DNA of 64,000 nt from NCBI GenBank assembly GCA_002838205.1, contig CP017950.1, forward strand, positions 686,858 through 750,857. Direction: 5' to 3'. This document shows positions 1-9,967 of this stretch, piece by piece. Each line of letters opens with the position of its first letter. The stretch's first letter is position 1. Origin of the DNA: Tenericutes bacterium MZ-XQ (GTDB lineage Bacteria; Bacillota_I; Bacilli_A; Acholeplasmatales; Acholeplasmataceae). Under the pieces are notes generated by a model. The model did no database searches. It had not been told where the DNA came from and was given only the letters and a program-made list of their open reading frames with translations. Both the position numbers and the translations under genes were made by a program.

Positions 1-680
1 ATCAAGTTTCTTTTGCTTTGGTTTTAGTATAACATTATTTTTTATATCTTCTACTAATTTCTTACTTGCATGCTTCATTAAAGGTGTGTGAAAAGCACCA
101 CTTGTATTTAAGATGACTGCGCGTCTTGCACCTTTGTTTTTAAGCAATTCTACGGCTTGATGAACAAGTTGTTCTTCACCAGAGATAACGAACTGATTTG
201 GTGAGTTTTCATTTGCTAACTTTAAAACGCCCTCATTTTCAAATCCATCACAAACCGATTTAACATCGTCATATTCTAACCCTATGATTGCTGCCATAAG
301 TCCCTTTTGTTTTTTTGTTTCTTCTTCCATATATAAAGCACGTTTTGAAATGATTGTTAAAATCTGTTTAAAATCAAAAACTTCTGCAGCAAAATAAGCA
401 GTATATTCACCTAAACTAAAACCTTCTACTGCACTTATGATTGGATTTAGTGACTTTATCTTTTCATATCCAAATATAGATTTTAGTGCAACTAATGGCT
501 GAACATAAAGTGTTTGTCTCATTTTTTCTTCATCTTTAAACGCTTCAATCACATCAAATCCTAATAAACGTGATGCTTCTAATGCCATATTATTAAATTG
601 ATAATCTCCATCAATAAAGTCAATACCCATATTTAAGTACTGACTTCCTTGTCCAGAAAAACATATTGCTAATTTGTTCA
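1..680 (-). CDS. fabD: malonyl CoA-ACP transacylase, 5' portion; C-terminus lies beyond the window start
   Basis: Reverse translation from ATG at 678-680 gives MNKLAICFSGQGSQY...GFSLGEY (FabD GQGxQ and GHSxG-like motifs). Located upstream of fabK/fabH in a fab cluster. Confidence 0.75.
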
Positions 681-1613
681 TCTCATCACTTCCAAACTTA
701 ATCTATATTGATCAACTGGATCAAACAAGTTTTGTAAAACTTCTTCAACCGTCTTTATTTCCTTAACAAGTCCGCTAATTTGCCCTGCCATGACTGAACC
801 AGTTTCCATATCTCCATCAAAAACAGCTCTTCTTAAAGACCCTAAAGTCATTTTTTCAAGTGTCTCCAAATCAACACCTTGATTTGATAACTCTATATAT
901 TTCACAGCCATTGGATTTCTAAGTACTCGAACTGGGGCTTTTGTTTGTCTACCCGTGACAATCGTGTCTGTATCTTTTGAAGATACGATTTTCAACTTAT
1001 AGTTTAAATGGATTGGACACTCTTTAGTCGCTAGTAACACAGTACCTATTTGTACTCCCTTAGCACCAAGTGCAAAAGCTGCTAAAACACCTCTATGATC
1101 TGCAATACCACCTGCTGCAATGACTGGAATAGATACTTGGTCGACAACTTGTGGAACTAAAGCCATCGTGGTAAGTTCACCAATATGCCCTCCAGCTTCT
1201 GTACCTTCACATATGACTGCATCTGCACCCATACGCTCAACTCTTTTTGCGAGTGCTGCTGATGGCACTACTGGAATAACAATCATATGGTTTGCTTTCC
1301 ATTTTTCCATATAAATCCCAGGTGAACCAGCACCTGTCGTTACGATTTTTACACCTTCTTCAACAACAACTTCTGCGATGTCTTTTGCATGTGGACTCAT
1401 CAGCATAATATTGACACCAAAAGGTTTATCTGTCAGTGTCTTCATCTTTCTAATTTCATTTTTTACCCAATCTTTATCATACCCACCAGCACCAATTAAA
1501 CCTAGTCCACCAGCGTTTGATACTGCTGATGCGAGCTCTGCAGTTGCGATATTTGCCATACCACCTTGAATGACTGGATACTTTATATTTAATAATTCAC
1601 AAATATTTTTCAT
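678..1613 (-). CDS. fabK: enoyl-ACP reductase II (FMN-dependent, nitronate monooxygenase fold)
   Basis: ORF 678..1664. Internal Met at 1613 (MKNICELLNIKYPVIQGGM...) fits the FabK/NMO N-terminus. Sits between fabD and fabH. Confidence 0.7.
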   Translation of the reverse strand: MKNICELLNIKYPVIQGGMANIATAELASAVSNAGGLGLIGAGGYDKDWVKNEIRKMKTLTDKPFGVNIMLMSPHAKDIAEVVVEEGVKIVTTGAGSPGIYMEKWKANHMIVIPVVPSAALAKRVERMGADAVICEGTEAGGHIGELTTMALVPQVVDQVSIPVIAAGGIADHRGVLAAFALGAKGVQIGTVLLATKECPIHLNYKLKIVSSKDTDTIVTGRQTKAPVRVLRNPMAVKYIELSNQGVDLETLEKMTLGSLRRAVFDGDMETGSVMAGQISGLVKEIKTVEEVLQNLFDPVDQYRLSLEVMR

Positions 1614-1620
1614 AGATGCC

Positions 1621-2556
1621 TCATAAATGAATGAGAGCACTTCCGTATGTAAAGCCCCCACCAAATCCTACTAATATCACTTTTTGATTTCTATTTTTTT
1701 GATCTAACATATATTCATCTAAGCTGATCGGAATGCTTGCTGCTGAAGTATTTCCATACGCTTCGATATTTAAAACAAATTTTTCCATAGGAATATTCAT
1801 CGCTTTAGAGACTGCTTGAATAATCCTAATATTTGCTTGATGTGGAATGATTGCATCAATCTCATCAATGGTTAAATGAGCATCATTAAGCATTTTTTCG
1901 ATACCTTTTTGCATAATATCAACTGCAAACAAAAATACTTTACGACCATCCATTTTGATATATTTTTCAACGGTCAGTGATAATAACTCATCTGGTTTAG
2001 CTGCATTGTAAAAAAATGCTTGATCTTCCTTTTTTTCACTTGGTTCTACAATCAATGCGCCAGCACCATCACCAAACAAAATGCATGTGTTACGATCTGT
2101 ATAATCAACGACTTTGGTCAATTTTTCTGAACCAATCACCAATGCTGAACGAAAACGTCCTGACCCAAGCATTGATGCAGCTATTTCTAATCCATAAACA
2201 AAACCTGTGCATGCAGCATTTATATCAAAACTCATGCAATCATGAGTAATCCCTAATTTTGTTTGAACAAAATTTGCAGTTGAAGGCGTCATTTGATCAC
2301 CCGTTATTGATGCAACTATAATTAAATCAATTTGATTAATATCATAATTTGCTTTTCTTATAGCATCCATTGCAGCATGATAAGCTAAATCGCTACTTTC
2401 TTCACTTTCAGATGCTTTATGTCTTTTTACAATCCCTGTTCTTGATACAATCCATTCATGATTTGTATCAACCATTTTTTCTAAATCTTGATTTGTTATT
2501 GTCTCTTTAGGTATATATTTTCCACTAGAGATCACTTTGATTTGTGTTTGATTCAT
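1621..2556 (-). CDS. fabH: 3-oxoacyl-ACP synthase III
   Basis: 311 aa with active-site Cys context (NAACTGF) and C-terminal GFGGG typical of FabH. Confidence 0.85.
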   Translation of the reverse strand: MNQTQIKVISSGKYIPKETITNQDLEKMVDTNHEWIVSRTGIVKRHKASESEESSDLAYHAAMDAIRKANYDINQIDLIIVASITGDQMTPSTANFVQTKLGITHDCMSFDINAACTGFVYGLEIAASMLGSGRFRSALVIGSEKLTKVVDYTDRNTCILFGDGAGALIVEPSEKKEDQAFFYNAAKPDELLSLTVEKYIKMDGRKVFLFAVDIMQKGIEKMLNDAHLTIDEIDAIIPHQANIRIIQAVSKAMNIPMEKFVLNIEAYGNTSAASIPISLDEYMLDQKNRNQKVILVGFGGGFTYGSALIHL

Positions 2557-3370
2557 CTATGTCTCCCTCTTTAAATACACCGATCTTTCTAAATTTTTCA
2601 TATCGCTGATTTAATAATGTTTGCTTATTTAAAGTCCGTAATTCTTTTAGACGTGTTGTCATTTTATCTTTGAGTTCATTCACACCAAATGTTGGATTTT
2701 CATGAAGCCCATCTTTTTCTGATATCACTTCATCAATGATGTTAAATTCAAGTAAATCTTTGGCAGTTAACTTCATAATTTCAGCAGCTTGTTCAGCTTT
2801 GGAACTATCCTTATACAATATTGATGCAAATCCTTCAGGTGATAATATCGAATAAATAGCATTTTCAAACATCACGATATAATCACCTACACCTATTGCG
2901 AGTGCCCCACCAGAACCACCTTCACTTAAAACGATAACAATAATAGGCACTGATAATGCCATCATATCAAATAAGTTTTGTGCGATGGCTCTTGCTTGTC
3001 CTCTTTCTTCTGCTTCAACCCCTGGATATGCACCTGGAGTATCAATAATCGTAATAATTGGACGATTAAATTTTTCTGCTTGTTTCATTAAGCGAATCGC
3101 TTTTCGGTAACCTTCAGGATGAGGCATACCAAAATTATGTTTAATCTTATCTTCTGTATTCATGCCTTTTTCTTCAGCAATCACAGTCACTGGTATCGTT
3201 TGAAATTTAGCTATACCACCAATAATGGATGGGTCATCTCTAAATAAACGATCACCTTTAAGTTCTATAAAATCGGTAAACAACATCGATATAAGTGTTC
3301 TAGAAGTTATCCGTTTTGGGTGTCTTGCTAGTTTTACGATTTCCCATGCGCTTTTATGCATTAGATCCAC
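2525..3370 (-). CDS. accA: acetyl-CoA carboxylase carboxyltransferase alpha subunit
   Basis: 281 aa, RHPKRITS...IDTPGAYPG motif. Within the accBCDA block. Confidence 0.85.
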   Translation of the reverse strand: MDLMHKSAWEIVKLARHPKRITSRTLISMLFTDFIELKGDRLFRDDPSIIGGIAKFQTIPVTVIAEEKGMNTEDKIKHNFGMPHPEGYRKAIRLMKQAEKFNRPIITIIDTPGAYPGVEAEERGQARAIAQNLFDMMALSVPIIVIVLSEGGSGGALAIGVGDYIVMFENAIYSILSPEGFASILYKDSSKAEQAAEIMKLTAKDLLEFNIIDEVISEKDGLHENPTFGVNELKDKMTTRLKELRTLNKQTLLNQRYEKFRKIGVFKEGDIDESNTNQSDL

Positions 3371-4238
3371 CTTCTTCCGGGTGTAATCTTAAGATATGAT
3401 ATAGTGTTTTTCTCATTTCACTTCGATGAACGATCATGTCAACTTGGCCATGATTTAATTGAAATTCATCTGTTTGAAATCCTTCTGGTAAATCCTGTCT
3501 AATCGTTTGTTTAATAACTCTTGCTCCAGCGAAACCGATTAAAGATGATTTTTCAGCTATCATAATATCGCCTAAAGAAGCGAAACTTGCCGCAACACCA
3601 CCGGTTGTCGGGTTTGTTAGAACACTGATATATAACAGTTTTGCTTCATCGTGTTTAACTAGTGCAGCACTTGTTTTAGCCATTTGCATCAGTGAAAAAA
3701 TACCTTCTTGCATACGTGCACCACCCGATGCAGAAAAAATTACAAGCGGTAACTTATGCTTAGTTGCATATTCAATAAGTCTAGTTACTTTTTCTCCTAC
3801 TGCACTACCCATTGAACCCATCATAAAAGATGCATCTAAAACACCTATTGCAGTTTTGATACCAACAACATCACCGGTACCACAAAAAAATGCTTCGTTT
3901 ATTTTAGATACTTGTTTACCAATATTTAGTTTATCATCATAGTGTTCCATTTTTAGTGGATTAACCGATACGATATCATCGAACAAGACTTGAAAAGAAC
4001 CCTCATCAACCACTAAGTCAATACGTTCGTTTGCTCCCATTCTAAAATGATAATCACAAAATGGACATATATAATGCCCAATATGCAGCGTTTTTTCATA
4101 AATTGCTGCACCACATTGATCACATTTAAAGAATAAGCCTTCAGGAATATCAATTGGTTTATAAGAAACTTCTTTTTTTCTAACTGTCTTTTTGAATTCT
4201 TCTAGTCTTTTTTTTCTTTTTTCTAAAAAATCATTCAT
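3354..4238 (-). CDS. accD: acetyl-CoA carboxylase carboxyltransferase beta subunit (N-terminal Zn ribbon)
   Basis: CxxC...CxxC zinc finger (CDQCGAAIYE...CPFCDYH). Likely start at Met 4238, overlapping the accC stop. Confidence 0.85.
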   Translation of the reverse strand: MNDFLEKRKKRLEEFKKTVRKKEVSYKPIDIPEGLFFKCDQCGAAIYEKTLHIGHYICPFCDYHFRMGANERIDLVVDEGSFQVLFDDIVSVNPLKMEHYDDKLNIGKQVSKINEAFFCGTGDVVGIKTAIGVLDASFMMGSMGSAVGEKVTRLIEYATKHKLPLVIFSASGGARMQEGIFSLMQMAKTSAALVKHDEAKLLYISVLTNPTTGGVAASFASLGDIMIAEKSSLIGFAGARVIKQTIRQDLPEGFQTDEFQLNHGQVDMIVHRSEMRKTLYHILRLHPEEGGSNA

Positions 4239-5604
4239 TATTGTTTTCCTCCACAAGTAAGTGGAATCTTTGGATAAAACCAGTATCATAAACACCTTTG
4301 ATAAATTCTGGATTATACATAATTAAATATTGATACTCAATATTTGTATCTATACCTTCAATAACAAATTGCTCTAACGCTACTCTCATCTTTTTAATCG
4401 CTTCTAGTCTTGTAGGTGCATAAACAATAAGCTTAGCTAACATCGAATCATAAAAAGGTGGAACATTATATCCAGGATATATATGGGTATCTACACGTAC
4501 ACCTAAACCACCTGGAAATAATACATTTTCAATTCTTCCTGGAGTTGGCATAAAGTTTTTCATTGGATTTTCAGCATTAATTCGGCATTCAATAGCATGT
4601 CCATTAATTTTTAGATCCCTTTGTTTAAAACTTAATGTTTTTCCATAAGCAATTCTAATTTGCTCCTTAACCAAATCAACACCTGTTATCATTTCTGTAA
4701 CTGGGTGCTCGACTTGGATTCTAGTATTCATTTCGATAAAATAAAAGTTTTGCTTTGCGTCAACTAAAAACTCCACAGTTCCAGCATTCACATAATTGAT
4801 GGCTTTAGCTAGTTTTAAAGCTGTTTGACCCATCTTTCTTCTGAGTAAATCATTTAACACTGGACTTGGTGCTTCTTCAATCATTTTTTGATTTCTTCTT
4901 TGCATTGAACAATCACGTTCAAATAAATGAACATAGTTGCCTTCTTCATCGCCAATCACTTGAATCTCGATATGTCTTGGTGACTCTATAAATTTCTCAA
5001 TATATAAAGATCCATCACCAAAATTTGACAATGCTTCTAAAGATGTACGAGAAAAAGCGTTCTTAAATTCATCATCAGAACGAACAATACTTATACCACG
5101 TCCACCACCCCCGCTGGACGCTTTGATCATGACCGGATATCCGATCTTTCTAGCTACTTTTAAACCATCTTCAACTGATAACACTAAACCATCACTACCT
5201 TCAACAATCGGTACGTGATTTTCTTTAGCGATCATTCTTGCTGAAGATTTATCACCTATTAGTTCAATAGACTTTGATGATGGGCCTACAAACTTAATTT
5301 GACAACTTTCAACCATTTCCACGAAATCTGCATTTTCTGATAAAAATCCATACCCTGGATGAATTGCGTTACAACCAGATGATATAGCTGCAGATAAAAC
5401 TCTATTCATGTTTAAATAACTATCTGTACTTGAGTTTTCTCCAATACATATCGCTTGATCAGCTAGCTTCACATGTAAACTATCAGCATCAGCTTTTGAG
5501 TAAACTGCTACTGTCTCTATACCTAACTCTTTTGCGGCACGAATAATACGAACAGCAATCTCTCCACGGTTGGCTATAAGTATTTTATTTTTCAACACCG
5601 TCAC
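4231..5604 (-). CDS. accC: biotin carboxylase
   Basis: 457 aa, KILIANRGEIAVRIIRA N-terminus, ATP-grasp. Confidence 0.9.
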   Translation of the reverse strand: MTVLKNKILIANRGEIAVRIIRAAKELGIETVAVYSKADADSLHVKLADQAICIGENSSTDSYLNMNRVLSAAISSGCNAIHPGYGFLSENADFVEMVESCQIKFVGPSSKSIELIGDKSSARMIAKENHVPIVEGSDGLVLSVEDGLKVARKIGYPVMIKASSGGGGRGISIVRSDDEFKNAFSRTSLEALSNFGDGSLYIEKFIESPRHIEIQVIGDEEGNYVHLFERDCSMQRRNQKMIEEAPSPVLNDLLRRKMGQTALKLAKAINYVNAGTVEFLVDAKQNFYFIEMNTRIQVEHPVTEMITGVDLVKEQIRIAYGKTLSFKQRDLKINGHAIECRINAENPMKNFMPTPGRIENVLFPGGLGVRVDTHIYPGYNVPPFYDSMLAKLIVYAPTRLEAIKKMRVALEQFVIEGIDTNIEYQYLIMYNPEFIKGVYDTGFIQRFHLLVEENNNE

Positions 5605-6034
5605 CTATTGTCATCAAGACTTGGTCATAGCTAATAACATCTTTGTTATTTACTTCTATTGACTTAATGACACCACTTTTTGGTGAAGTTATTTCATTCA
5701 TGATTTTCATAGCTTCAATAATGCAAACAACTTGTCCTTTTTTTACATGTTGCCCAACTTGGACATATGGCTTAGCGTCAGGCGTTGCAGCAGCATAAAA
5801 AGTCCCAACAAGTGGAGATTTAATATAGGTTTCGTTTTTATTTTCAATTTTAGATTTCGTTTGATTGGTTTCAGTTGTTAAAGGTTCACTTTGCTTTTCA
5901 ATTTGCTTTTCATTTAATTCATTTTGTTTAAGTTTCGATAATTTAATTTTGACATCTTTTGTTTCTAGTTCAAGGGTCATTAAACTCGATGTCTCAAACT
6001 CTTTTATGATTTGTTGTATTTCTTTTATTGTCAT
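5585..6034 (-). CDS. accB: biotin carboxyl carrier protein
   Basis: 149 aa ending with the biotinyl-lysine motif EAMKIMNEI. Confidence 0.85.
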   Translation of the reverse strand: MTIKEIQQIIKEFETSSLMTLELETKDVKIKLSKLKQNELNEKQIEKQSEPLTTETNQTKSKIENKNETYIKSPLVGTFYAAATPDAKPYVQVGQHVKKGQVVCIIEAMKIMNEITSPKSGVIKSIEVNNKDVISYDQVLMTIGDGVEK

Positions 6035-6218
6035 GACTATACCATCACTTTTTTATAGTTTTATTATAGTTGGTTTTTCAAATTCGGCATCAATTCTATT
6101 ATATATTCACTTTTTACAGTTACCACCTTCTTTTTGTTATTCAAATCTTTTGAATATCAAAATACTGTTTCTATTCTATCATATAATGAAGGAAAGTCAA
6201 TTGAAAACTATACTTTCA

Positions 6219-6246
6219 CAAAATTAAAAAGTGTGCAAGCGCACAC
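6219..6246 (-). terminator. rho-independent terminator after the dehydrogenase gene
   Basis: Perfect hairpin GTGTGC-AAGC-GCACAC (6231-6246) followed on the minus strand by a T-run. Confidence 0.6.
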
Positions 6247-6250
6247 ATTT

Positions 6251-7171
6251 CTAAATGATCTGGTTATCTAACTCTTTTTTATGAATCACGCGATCGATTG
6301 TATCTTCAATCTCATCTCTTATTCGTTCATGAATTTTCGGAGATGCACTTGCGTTATGTGGTGTAATAAAGCAATTATCAAGTGTCCATAAAACATCAGT
6401 TTCTGGGAGTGGCTCTGGAGTTGTGACATCTAATGCAGCACCTCTAATTTGGTGTGTCATTAACGCTTTTGTTAATGCTTGTTGATCGATGACATCACCT
6501 CTCGCAACATTAATTAGTAAAGCATTGGGTTTCATCATCGATAATGCTTTAGCGTCTATAATATGCTTTGTTTGATCATTTAAAGCAAGTGCTAATATAA
6601 CATAATCACTTTCCTTTAATAGTTCATATAGTCCATTTTTTCCTGTGTAGATTACATCAAAAAATGGAACATGATCAAATGTTCTTTTATATCCAATAAT
6701 TTTAGTATCAAATGCTTTCAGTCTTTTAGCGACATGTTGACCGATAGATCCGGTTCCTAAAATCCCGATCGTTGAACCATAAATCTCACTGTTTACAGAT
6801 TTATATTTCCAATGTTTTTCCTTTTGTTTTTCGTAATGAAATCCCAGATTTCTATTGAAAAACATCATCTTAGAAATAATATCTTCAGCAATTTGAATAC
6901 TAAATACATCTTTAGCGTTTGTAAGCATAATGTTTCTTTTCTTCAAATAATCTAAATCGACATGATCGTAACCAGCAGATATTAAAGCTATCCATTTAAG
7001 ATTTGGGTATCTTTCAAGTGACTGAGGCTCTAATATACTCCCCATAGATACAATCACATCGGCATCAAAACTCTGTTCAATATCATAGACAAAATCGTGA
7101 TCTTTAAATCTATTGATCGTTTGATCATAAACATCTATTTTTAACATTGTTGGATCTAAGAATATTTTCAT
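6251..7171 (-). CDS. D-isomer-specific 2-hydroxyacid dehydrogenase family protein (NAD-binding)
   Basis: 306 aa with Rossmann motif GILGTGSIGQ and the catalytic region typical of D-2-HADH. Confidence 0.75.
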   Translation of the reverse strand: MKIFLDPTMLKIDVYDQTINRFKDHDFVYDIEQSFDADVIVSMGSILEPQSLERYPNLKWIALISAGYDHVDLDYLKKRNIMLTNAKDVFSIQIAEDIISKMMFFNRNLGFHYEKQKEKHWKYKSVNSEIYGSTIGILGTGSIGQHVAKRLKAFDTKIIGYKRTFDHVPFFDVIYTGKNGLYELLKESDYVILALALNDQTKHIIDAKALSMMKPNALLINVARGDVIDQQALTKALMTHQIRGAALDVTTPEPLPETDVLWTLDNCFITPHNASASPKIHERIRDEIEDTIDRVIHKKELDNQII

Positions 7172-7194
7172 CTAATCACTCCTCGTATAATATG

Positions 7195-8745
7195 TAGTGT
7201 AGATTTAGGTTGATACCTTACTACATATCATTATTTATAAGTTTGAAGTCCTAGTGTTATAATTAAATCAAGATGTAACTAGAAGAATCTGCTTCCACTC
7301 CTTGCACATCATGGTGCTATTTAAGCGTGCAAACCTGCTTGATTGGCTTATCTGCTAACCGGTTGTTGTTACCCGTTAGATTTCACTCAACTTCTATGTC
7401 TAACGGTGGTTTCTTATTGGCGAGGCTGCAGTTGTCTTTCAAGGCTAGGACTTCTCTTATATCTATTTTCCCTTGAAAGAAGGTGTTCTTTTGAATCATA
7501 CTTTATGTGTTGGTATTGACGTTGCTAAACTGTCCAATCACGTTTATGCACTTAACTTTAATCGTGATAAACTTTTATCTGTCAATATTCCTAATACCCA
7601 AGATGGTGCGAACTTAATTGAAACGCATATTTTAAAACTTCTTGATAAACATCATCTCTCTAAAGTCATTGTCATCTTAGAGTCAACTGGTGTTTACTCC
7701 GGTCATCTTGCGACCTACTTATCAGCTTCTAAGTTTTTGAGTGTTTTCGATATCAAAGTTTATCTCATCAATCCTAAAATTTCTAAAAATTATAGAAAAA
7801 GTTTTGCTGATATGGATAAAACTGATCCTAAAGATGCTTACATCTTAGCTGATATTGCTAGAGTTGGAAGAACCGATGAGTTAACTCCCTTTAAAGGTGG
7901 TCAAAGACTTGCTTTAGAAAGACTCACAAGGCATAGACTTCATATTGCTGAAAAACTATCCAATGAGAAGGTTTATGCCCTTAATAACGTGTTTATAAAG
8001 TTTTCTAACTTTGAAACTATATTTTCTAATAACTTTGGATCAACTGCTGTTGATCTCTTATTAGATTATAAAACCATTGATGATATTATCGATTCATCTT
8101 TAGAAGATTTATCTGACTTTGTTGCTAAATCAAGTAAAAATCGCTTTGATAATTCACTTGATATCGCTGCTAAGATCCAAAAAGCTGCTAGAGATTCTTA
8201 TCGTCTTGATAAAGTTTCTTATGATCCTATTAATACAGCTCTCGCCTCATCCATAAATGTCATTAAATGTTATGAACATGAAATGAAAGATATTGATAAA
8301 GCCATTTTGCGACAAGTCGCTGGGTTTAATCATGATCACTATCAAATCTTAACGTCTATACCTGGTATTGGTAAAGTTTATGCAGCCGGTATCTTAGCTG
8401 AGATTGTTGATATTAGTCAGTTTGAATCCAATGATGCACTTGCTAAATATGCAGGTATTACCTGGCGTAAAAATCAATCCGGGAAATTCACCGCTGATGA
8501 GACTTACATGACTAAAACTGGAAATAAATATTTGCGCTACTTTTTAATCCAAGCAGCCAACATGGCTAGAATTCATATACCTGAGTATCGTGATTTTTAT
8601 CATAAGAAATATGATGAAGTCACGACTCATCAACACAAACGTGCACTCGCCTTAACTGCTAGAAAACTTATTCGTCTTATCTATGGTTTGTTGAGTACCA
8701 ATAGACTTTATAAGTAAAACTTAATTAGATTAATTCTTATAACTT
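7195..8745 (+). mobile_element. IS110-family insertion sequence (approximate ends; no terminal inverted repeats expected)
   Basis: About 290-nt structured non-coding leader plus an IS110/IS116/IS902-type transposase. Inserted between the promoter region of the dehydrogenase and the 3' end of a GNAT gene. Confidence 0.6.
7473..8717 (+). CDS. IS110-family (DEDD) transposase. Probable TTG start at 7491, preceded by GAAAGAAGGTG
   Basis: N-terminal LCVGIDVAK (RuvC-like DEDD) and C-terminal IS116/IS110/IS902 domain (TSIPGIGKVYAAGILAEI). The 7473 start in the ORF track is a TTG. Confidence 0.8.
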   Translation: MKEGVLLNHTLCVGIDVAKLSNHVYALNFNRDKLLSVNIPNTQDGANLIETHILKLLDKHHLSKVIVILESTGVYSGHLATYLSASKFLSVFDIKVYLINPKISKNYRKSFADMDKTDPKDAYILADIARVGRTDELTPFKGGQRLALERLTRHRLHIAEKLSNEKVYALNNVFIKFSNFETIFSNNFGSTAVDLLLDYKTIDDIIDSSLEDLSDFVAKSSKNRFDNSLDIAAKIQKAARDSYRLDKVSYDPINTALASSINVIKCYEHEMKDIDKAILRQVAGFNHDHYQILTSIPGIGKVYAAGILAEIVDISQFESNDALAKYAGITWRKNQSGKFTADETYMTKTGNKYLRYFLIQAANMARIHIPEYRDFYHKKYDEVTTHQHKRALALTARKLIRLIYGLLSTNRLYK

Positions 8746-9348
8746 TTACTTTTTTAAGCATGTCTTTAAATGATGCTTTTTATTAACTTTATACTCGTTT
8801 TTTATATTTTTAGTGCTTGACATCTTTACCGGTTGCTTAAGCTTAATGTCAAATGCAAGTCTTTTTCTTTCTCCAGGATGATTTTCATCTAGTAATATAA
8901 ATCCTCTAAGTTTATATCCCAGATTGGTAAATAATCTTTGAGCATATTTATTGTCTTCATGTGTATCTATCCTAATATAATCTAGTCCTTGACTTAATGT
9001 ATATTCATGGGCAAATTTCATCATATTTATAGATATATTTTTTCCCAAACAATCTTTTTTTACTGCTAATCGATGTATCGTCATATAAGGTCGATCATAT
9101 CCCCATGAACCACCAAAAATTTGATTATATGTATGTTCAATACCTTTTTTTATTGCAATCATTCCAACAATATAATTGTCTACCTCATCAATAAAAAACT
9201 CACCTAACTCTATATCTTCTAAAATCGTTGATTTTTCAGGTTTGTGGTATTGCCACTGATCAATATGTCTTTCTTTTAACAACTCAGATGTCTCAAGTCT
9301 TAATTGCCAAATTTGGTCAATATCATCAACTCTAGCAAGCCTGATCAT
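8746..9348 (-). CDS. GNAT family N-acetyltransferase
   Basis: GNAT fold motifs (IVGMIAIKK...HRLAVKKDCLGKNIS...). Lys-rich C-terminal tail abuts the IS. Confidence 0.6.
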   Translation of the reverse strand: MIRLARVDDIDQIWQLRLETSELLKERHIDQWQYHKPEKSTILEDIELGEFFIDEVDNYIVGMIAIKKGIEHTYNQIFGGSWGYDRPYMTIHRLAVKKDCLGKNISINMMKFAHEYTLSQGLDYIRIDTHEDNKYAQRLFTNLGYKLRGFILLDENHPGERKRLAFDIKLKQPVKMSSTKNIKNEYKVNKKHHLKTCLKK

Positions 9349-9967
9349 CTTTGTCCACCAACACTACACTTAAAAGAAGCGCATCAGATTTAGGCATCTT
9401 TATAGGTAGTGCATACATGAAATATGTTTGTTCACTCACTTCTTTTAATCTTAATCCTTCAATGATATAGATATCTTTTTGAAATAAAATTTTGTGGGTT
9501 GGATGTCCAGTTTGATCGCGTTCGATACCAAGCGCATCTATGCCTACCCCATTAACTTTTTTTTGCGCTAAATAACTTGCTGCACTTTCTTTAAGATATA
9601 TGAAGTTAAAATTGAACTCATTTTCAAAGCTATTTTGTGTTTTAAACAGAATAAAATCATTTTCATCAATTTCATAGTTAATAAGATCTGCTTCTGATAT
9701 CCCATCTTTAACATGTGTCATATCAAAAACTTTGACAGGTCTTATCAACCGATTTAAATCTAATGTATCAGAGGTTTTCCCATCTTTAATCATATGCAGT
9801 GGAAAATCCATATGTGTTCCGGTATGAAGATTAAGTTCTACTTGTGTTTCATGACTGCTTCCAGTACTGAAGTCAGATGCAATACTAAATACAGGTTTTT
9901 TTTCCGGTTTATTTTTATAGACTTGCATATCTTCTTTTACATGCATGCTTACATCGTAGTATTTCAT
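9332..9967 (-). CDS. cyclase family protein (arylformamidase/kynurenine formamidase-like)
   Basis: HTGTHMDFPLH metal-binding motif of the cyclase family. Confidence 0.6.
   Translation of the reverse strand: MKYYDVSMHVKEDMQVYKNKPEKKPVFSIASDFSTGSSHETQVELNLHTGTHMDFPLHMIKDGKTSDTLDLNRLIRPVKVFDMTHVKDGISEADLINYEIDENDFILFKTQNSFENEFNFNFIYLKESAASYLAQKKVNGVGIDALGIERDQTGHPTHKILFQKDIYIIEGLRLKEVSEQTYFMYALPIKMPKSDALLLSVVLVDKDDQAC

Noticed and set aside
1120-2249. Several 60-80 aa plus-strand ORFs antisense to fabK/fabH (1120..1314, 1378..1569, 2016..2249). Similar antisense ORFs occur inside other genes (for example 46004..46405, 51174..52235, 60113..60370)
   Set aside because: They are fully nested antisense to strongly supported genes, with low-complexity composition and no RBS or promoter. 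They are typical AT-rich genome frame artefacts.
8746-8840. IS110 insertion disrupting the 3' end of the GNAT gene (Lys-rich 30-aa tail)
   Set aside because: The transposase stop is at 8717 and IS110 elements have only short 3' tails. The GNAT stop at 8746 is about 28 nt beyond, so the ORF is probably intact and the tail native. This cannot be excluded without a comparator.
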